Positions 56,654 to 64,000 of a DNA stretch of 64,000 nt are shown piece by piece. Below the pieces are notes generated by a model. The model made no database searches. It saw only the letters and a list, made by a program, of their open reading frames with translations, and had not been told where the DNA came from. Position numbers and translations under genes: made by a program. This stretch comes from Chrysomallon squamiferum (lineage: Eukaryota; Animalia; Mollusca): assembly GCA_012295275.1 (NCBI GenBank), contig CM022677.1:8742001-8806000 (forward strand). The letters are read 5' to 3'. The first letter of the stretch is position 1, and the number at the start of each line of letters is the position of its first letter.

Positions 56654-59600
56654 AATATGTATGTATGTACATTTGAATTTAATATCAAAAACTAAATTTC
56701 ATACATTTCAATAAATTGCTCTTCCATAGCTACATTTCATATATATAAATTCTGTACAAATAAAACAGAATATTTACCAAACATAAACTGTAACAATTTT
56801 ACATGTCCATCCTAATTTAATGTTTTTCATATTCTAATACCAAAAAAACATAAAATAAAATCCAGCTGGATTTGTTTGTGACAATGTTAAAAGTTCACAG
56901 CTACAAATATACAAAAAATAAAAAATTTACCATGGATTTGAAAACTGCTGCATGTCTGCATTGGGTCCAGTTAACATTCCTGCCACACTGTCTGGATGAC
57001 TGGACCCACGGACAAACTGACAGTGCTGACAGTCGCATTCAAACTCATCATCTGCGTCACCACTATCCGACGTCGGATAACTGAAGTCTGGAGCACGAAA
57101 AAAGTCAGGCACTTTATCCTTAAAATAGTAAATAAATAAATATTGAAAGTTTTATCCTAAAAATAATAAATAAATAGATGTTGAAAGTTTTATCCTTAAA
57201 ATAATAAATAAATAAAAGTTGTTAATTTTATCCTAAAAAATAATAAATAACAGTTGATAATTTTACCCTAAAAAAAAAAAAAGTAAAAGCTGATAATTTA
57301 AATAATCAATAAAAGCTGATAATTTTATCCTAAAACTAGTAATAAATAAATGTTGAAAGTTTTATCCTTAAAATAATAAATAAATAAAAGCTGATGTTAT
57401 CCTAAAAATAGTAAATAAATAAAAGTTGAAAGTTTTACACTTAAAATAATAAATAAAAGCTGATGTTATCCTAAAAATAGTAAATAAATAAAAGTTGAAA
57501 GTTTTACACTTAAAATAATTAAAGCTGATAATTTTATCCTAAAAATAATAAATAAATAAAAGCTGATAATTTTATCCTAAAAATAATAAATAAATAAAAG
57601 CTGATAATTTTATCCTAAAAATAGTAAATAAATAAATGTAGTAAGTTTTATCCTTAAAATAATAAATAAATAAAATTTGTTAATTTTACCCTAAAAATAA
57701 TAAATAAATAACAGTTGATAATTTTATCCTAAAAATAATAAATAAATAAAAGCTGATAATTTAAATAATAAATAAAAGCTGATAATTTTATCCTAAAAAT
57801 AATAGATAAATAAAAGTTGAAAGTTTTATCCTAAAAATAATAAATAAATAAAAGCTGATAATTTTATCCTAAAAATAGTAAATAAATAAATGTTGAAAGT
57901 TTTATCCTAAAAATAATAAATAAATAAAAGCTGATAATTTTATCCTAAAAATAGTAAATAAATAACAGTTGACAATTTTATCCTAAAAATAATAAATAAA
58001 TAAAAGTTGATAATTTTATCCCAAAAAATAATAAATAAATAAAAGCTGATAATTTAAATAATAAATAAAAGCTGATAATTTTATCCTAAAAATAATAGAT
58101 AAATAAAAGTTGAAAGTTTTATCCTAAAAATAATAAATAAATAAAAGCTGATAATTTTATCCTAAAAATAGTAAATAAATAAATGTTGAAAGTTTTATCC
58201 TAAAAATAATAAATAAATAAAAGCTGATAATTTTATCCTAAAAATAGTAAATAAATAAATGTTGAAAGTTTTATCCTAAAAATAATAAATAAATAAAAGC
58301 TGATAATTTTATCCTAAAAATAGTAAATAAATAACAGTTGACAATTTTATCCTAAAAATAATAAATAAATAAAAGTTGATAATTTTACCCTAAAAATAAT
58401 AAATAAATAAAAGCTGATAATTTTATCCTAAAAATAATAAATAAATAAAAGTTGATAATTTTATGCTAAAAATAATAAATAAATAAAAGCTGATAATTTT
58501 ATGCTAAAAATAATAAATAAATAAAAGCTGATAATTTTATGCTAAAAATAATAAATAAATAAAAGCTGATAATTTTATCCTAAAAATAATAAATAAATAA
58601 AAGCTAATAATTTTATGCTAAAAATAGTAAGCTAAAAATAATAAATAAATAAAAGTTGCTAACACTGAAGATAATGTGGAGCATGTAAAAATAATAATGA
58701 CAAATAAAATTACACTTTCTGAAGACTTATTTGAATCTGAATTCTTTCTGCCTATCAAGGCATCGAATGGTGAAAAAATCTCATCAATAAGTTGACCCAA
58801 GCTTCCACCAGATTCAGCCATTTCTGTGACATCAGCACCAATCTCATCAGAGTTATCTGCTCTTTGTTCCTTGCACAAGCATGAAGTGGTATCACACGAT
58901 GTCATTGTGAAACTGTTCACCGGATTAAAGGGAGACGACGGATTGGAGAAAATATCTTTGAGGGGAGACAACTCTAGGTCGAGACTGCCGGCTCCAAATT
59001 TGACAGGTGACGTGTTGCTTTGTATTGCAAACAGTTTGTCGAATTCACCGGAGGAATTCTGAGATTTTTTCATTTCTTCATTGTTGTTGTAGTTGTCCTT
59101 TTCAAAATAGCGATGTAGTCGTGTTGAAGATAAAGGATCTATGTTTGTTGAGCAAGCTCCAAAATTATAATCTTCTAGAAAAAAAACAATAATAAATAAA
59201 TAAAAATAAGTAATAAAAGGAAAATTACAAAATAACATTCATAAGAAAAATTATAACCATTACAATTATAATATAACAAAATTTTATATATATAAAATTA
59301 GTATAACAACAATAACTTAACCAAAAAGATAAATAAATAACAACTACAAAAACAGCATTAATAACAACATTAACAGTAACCATAGCAACAATAGCACAAC
59401 ACAAATTTGTAAGCATAACGACATAAAAAAAATAAAAATATATCATTAACAAGAAGAAAACCTACAAAAACAATAACTTAACAAAAATGACATTTGCATG
59501 GTAAAATTATCGATCTATTTGTTAATAAATATACATAATAAGTGTTGTTCTTTTTAACTAATTATATGAACCATTAAAAAACAAAACAATAGACAAAATA

Positions 59601-62600
59601 ACTCAAGACAAAATGAAAACCTAATTTGTCTCAGTTTTGTTTTGTTTTGGCTAATTTCTAGTAATAATGGATTAAAATGTAATAATAATAATAAAAATAA
59701 TAATAATAATAATAAGAAGAAGAATAATAAGAATAATAATAATAACAACAACAATAATAATATTAATATTAATAATAATCATAAAATAATAATAAAACAT
59801 GACTGAACTTTAGTTACCTTTTTGCTTTTCTTTTGATACTCAAGGATTTCTAAAACTTGCTAATATTATGTTACTGTTCCTTATTAGCTGAAGAATATTT
59901 TCATAATCATAATTAAATTTTACTTACAAAAATCATATTTAAATATGATTATGAAAACCATAACCTGAACTGCAATTATATTACAGATCACAAAAATTTG
60001 ATATTTCTATTCTTTGTCAACTGCCTCCATATCATAAGAATGTGTTCAAGACATTTTTATTCTTTGCTAATGATAATTTACAAAATTAGATATAATCATG
60101 TAAAAATCTCACCTGAAATGCTTCCATTGTGTTCCATATCACAAGAACTTGTTGAAGACATTTCTGTAGCTTTTCTGTTGTGATTAGCCGATTTCTTGCG
60201 AAGACGTCTTCTCCCTGCTCTCTTTGTTTCTGGTCTGCCTCTTATAGTAGATGCTATCCTTGACATTACATGATGTTGTTTATAGTGTGAGTTGTCACAT
60301 GACAAACTGTGACAGCTGCTGTAGCCATGGCAACAGTCACTGGAAGAGAGAGAAGTATCGCAGTCTGCATCATCAGATTCATGAAGAAAAACAGCATGTT
60401 TACATGTGCAATTTATTAATGTGGTTTGACCATGGGTTTTCTTTACGTTGCTTTTTGACTGGTCACTGAAGTGGTGAGAAACGGAAGAGCTGTAACTGAT
60501 CAAGTCATGATTATTTGTTTGGTCTGAATTGGTCATTACATGACTGTGTGTATCACAGATAGTTGTGTTGTTTGAATGTAATCTTTCGCCAAGGACATCT
60601 GTGTTATGACACACCAACCTGTGTCTATCCGTATTTTGGACATCTGACTGGTTTCTTTGACTTTCATTGTGTTCCGTATCACAAGAACTTTGTGCATCTG
60701 TATTATGGACATCAGATTGTCCTCTCTGACCATTCATTCCTGTGTTTGTCCTTGGTTTATTCTCCAGCCTGAGCAGTCCGTCAGACATTTGTGATCTTTC
60801 ATTCAACATAGTACAGCTCTGAGTTTGTAAAGAAATACTCTTGTCCTCCAGTTCATTACAGAAATTCATAGACTTGTTTACCTCACTGTCTAGCAAACTG
60901 CCAGCACCATTCCACTTCCTATGAAATGTTGGTTTTTCTTTCTCACCTTCGTTTTTGGCTAATAAAGCATTACAACACTCAGCTGGTTTTGGAATAGTGT
61001 CAGGTAAATGATTATCTTCCAGAAGTGTGCACATCCGACTGTTATGATTGTTATATGACAAAGCTTCTTTAGAGGTCTTGTATTCTTCTAATGAAAATTC
61101 CAGATCTTCAGTTGATTCTGAATCAGCTTCTGGTAAATTTTTGACATTATTTGAAAATAACTCTTTAGAGAACTGACATTTTTCTAATGAAATATCACCT
61201 TCTTTATCCAATTCTGAACTGGATTCTGTTAGTCTTTTATCTGCCATCTTGGATCCACTTAAAACATTATGTCTGTTGTCATTTGAAAATGATTCTTTAC
61301 AGGTCTGAAACTGTCCTAACAAAATATCGTCTATGGGCAACTTAGAATTGGTGTCTGTTACATTTTTGTCTGCCATCTTGGCCCCACTCAAAATATTTTC
61401 ATGACCACTGTTATTTGAAAATGAATTTTCTGAGGTTTGACCTTCTTCTGACAAACTTTTTTCTTCTTCAGTCATTTTAGAAGTGTTTTCTGATAAACCA
61501 TTGCACTCTGTCCTTTTGGTGGTTGCAGTAATGTTTCTACTGTCAGCATCATCACATGAAAATCTTTCTTTCGATGTTCCAGATTTATCTGATAAGCCAT
61601 TATCACGCGATTGTTTAGAATTAGTGTCTTCCATCAAATAGTTAGCCATGACTCCACCTCTTCTTACATAATTTAGACACTTTCTGTTACAACTAACATC
61701 ACCCTCACTCTGAAATACATCTTCTTTATTACATCCCTTTCCACCTCCACCATCTGAATTAGAAAAACAAAACCTTTCAAAATGTTTGTTGGATGCCAAA
61801 TCCTTCGAAAGATCTAGGTTCAGTAATACATTAATTTCAGCTAAATTCTTCCTTCGATCCACAGTTAGTAATCCATTACTTTTGCACCCAGATCTGCTGA
61901 CTGGAAGTGAATCTGAGTCATCCTCATCAACAAGATGCAGACAGTTCAAATCGTCAAGGGATTCATCAAGTAAACAGTTTTTGCACACAGCGGCTGATTT
62001 CAAATCGTGATCTGTGACGTGTCTGTGAGACAACACATAGCCTGACGCACTACACGGTTTCACTTCAGACTGGTTTGAATTATCACATTTATTGCACACA
62101 TCCCTGTTCCCTGCCTGAAGAAAAAGACAGTCATTAAAAAAACTGTCATTGCTGTTACCATTGCACAATCCCGGATTATTTATATTCCTTGAAAGTTCTT
62201 GGTTTTGCAATGAACTGAATTTATCTTGTATTGCCTCTGGTCCCACACAACATAAAGCAGACATATTGTTTCTGAACAATGAAGAGTCGTGTGAAGTTTG
62301 AGATGAATATGAACACTCACATCCTCGGTCCTGATCACAATTACAGCTGTCAACAGGTAGGCTGAAGTAGTCAGTTGAGACATTATTTTCCTGAGTATTA
62401 TAAGAAATTAAACTGAGATTATTTGTATCATGAAAAAAACATGATTCACCACTGAGAGATTTAGAAGTGTTTTTAAAAGACGAAGAGTCAGTCTGTTGAG
62501 ATTCTGTACAGGAACAAAGTGACTCAGTCTTTATAGAATATTGGTTTATATTATCAGAAACTGTCATTGTAGGATACTGATCTACGTTACAAGAACAAAA

Positions 62601-63956
62601 TGGTTTAGTCTTTGTAACACTGTGTTTAGAACAAACTGACTCAGTCTTTGTAGCATTTGGATTTGTAGAATACTGATCTGATTTATGAGTATTTACTGTA
62701 TTATAGTTAGGAGAATAAGTACTATCTAACTTAGACTTTTTAATTTTATGTTTATTGGAATAGGAACACACTGGCTCAGTCTTTGTAGGTTTTTCATTTG
62801 CAACATAAGAACACATTTGAGTTTCAGAAAGTTTTGAGATCAGTGGACTAGTCTGTGTAGAGTTATTTGAATTTCTGCTACATGTCTCACAAGACGCAGG
62901 AAAATGTGAAACACAAGAATGATGAGATTTTGTTGCTTTAACATTTTTGCATTCATTATCTTTACTTTTGACTTCTGAACAATGAAATGCATCTTCCAAG
63001 TTACCATATGAATTTACAATAAAATTTGAAACACAATGAGAATTTTCTGACAAACAAATATGGTTTGGGCTATCACTATGAGTCACTAGTGCCAGACTTG
63101 AAGGTCGGGCAATAGTTCTGCTGTCTGAATGCGACATTCTGCAATCAGTATTTGAATTCTTGGGCTCAGTTAAGTTGTTATTAACACAACTGCCAGACAC
63201 AGGAAATGATGTAGTCTGATATTTAACATTTTTACTTCTTTCATTATTCAAACCATGACAAACACCAATGCCGTTTCGCTCATTACTCAGTGATTCAAGC
63301 ATTTTTGGAAACATTTTCTCCAGTTCCGGACTGGAGGAAAGAAGATGTTGTCTGAATGAAATATGTACAAGATTATCTGTGCATTCTCTTTCATTCCCTT
63401 GCTCTGAACAGACATCATATAAACTGCGAGATACTGAGTGATTCACTGGGTTACTGTTCTTTGGTTTACAAATCATCTCAGAGTTAACATCAGTGGTTGG
63501 AGTCTTGTTATTACTACATTCCCCACTGTTGTGAGCCTCAACTTTGAACTTTGACCTTCTTCTAGAGCGATGACCTGACCTGGTTTGTTTACAAGGTGAT
63601 TTCCGTGTCAGCATTCGGTGCAGTGCTAGGCCAGCATTTCTCCATCGTTCCAAAGCTGTGGAGTCGTTTTCGCAGCTGCTGCTTTCCATACTGCAAGCTC
63701 CCAAAATGCCACCATCTCCTTCTGTGGAATTTTTAATCCTGGTGCCAGACTGACAATACAGACTCTGTGATCGAACTATTCTGCCGTCGAATTCACTGGA
63801 TACACAGGGCAGCTGAGTTCCACTGTGTGAACGCCTCACTGTCGATTTGCTACCCAAGAGCTCGCAAGGGGAGGTAACTCTGTCCTGCAGAGTTGAACAC
63901 CACAGACGTGATGGTCTGGGCCAAACTGAATCTCGTGAATGGTTTGTGAACCACAT
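54971..63956 (-). CDS. PJA2: Praja-like RING-H2 E3 ubiquitin ligase (PJA1/PJA2 family), about 1638 aa from ATG 63956 (frame stays open to the window edge). Exons 63956-60113, 59174-58714, 57118-56931, 56530-56404, 56056-55936, 55707-55592, 55030-54971
   Basis: C-terminal CPICLCWF...[27 protein letters not shown] (C3H2C3) preceded by APPPVSPTVIDSL; compare Praja as recalled, NPPASKESID.L and [12 protein letters not shown]. All phases are consistent. Adjacency to FBXL17 and FER supports the call; RNF126/RNF115/RNF181-type identity is not formally excluded. Confidence 0.75.
57112..58660. repeat. About 1.55-kb minisatellite (about 39-40-bp unit ttttatcctaaaaataataaataaataaaagctgataa) filling a Praja-like gene intron
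   Basis: Directly visible tandem array of roughly 35-40 units. Confidence 0.97.
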
Positions 63957-64000
63957 GGTTGTTTTAAGTTGGGTGGTTGTATTATTGTCCAAAATTAAAA

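Noticed and set aside
49025-58660. The two long tandem arrays (and the 23440-23960 array) as CRISPR-like loci
   Set aside because: Eukaryotic context, head-to-tail or degenerate units without constant repeats and unique fixed-length spacers, and no cas genes.
60096-63992. The 1298-aa ORF as a transposon or viral polyprotein
   Set aside because: No RT, integrase, transposase or protease motifs; it ends in a good donor (TCAG|gtgaga) in phase with the downstream RING-gene exons.

Overview
AT-rich, microsatellite-dense animal genomic DNA with spliced genes. It looks like an invertebrate, possibly a lophotrochozoan or mollusc, but the taxon is inference only. Six protein-coding genes were rebuilt by hand with phase-consistent exon chains: CHTOP (-, 3' end outside the window), MNS1 (+), FER/FES tyrosine kinase (-), an unnamed type II transmembrane collagen-Ig-MAM-MAM gene (-), FBXL17 (+) and a Praja (PJA)-like RING-H2 ligase (-). 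The main points of interest are: (1) the TM-furin-collagen-Ig-2xMAM protein, which resembles a colmedin/gliomedin scaffold with MAM domains in place of olfactomedin; (2) FER, FBXL17 and a Praja-like gene as neighbours, as they are on human 5q21.3; (3) a structured CHTOP first coding intron with an immediate premature stop, a hairpin, three CCAAT/AUUGGC motifs and four copies of a 31-nt motif, three of which open MKC smORFs; (4) several tandem repeats built from splice-junction sequence; (5) long fold-back palindromes. Most short ORFs in the ORF track are microsatellite artefacts. No CRISPR array, tRNA or rRNA gene was seen.
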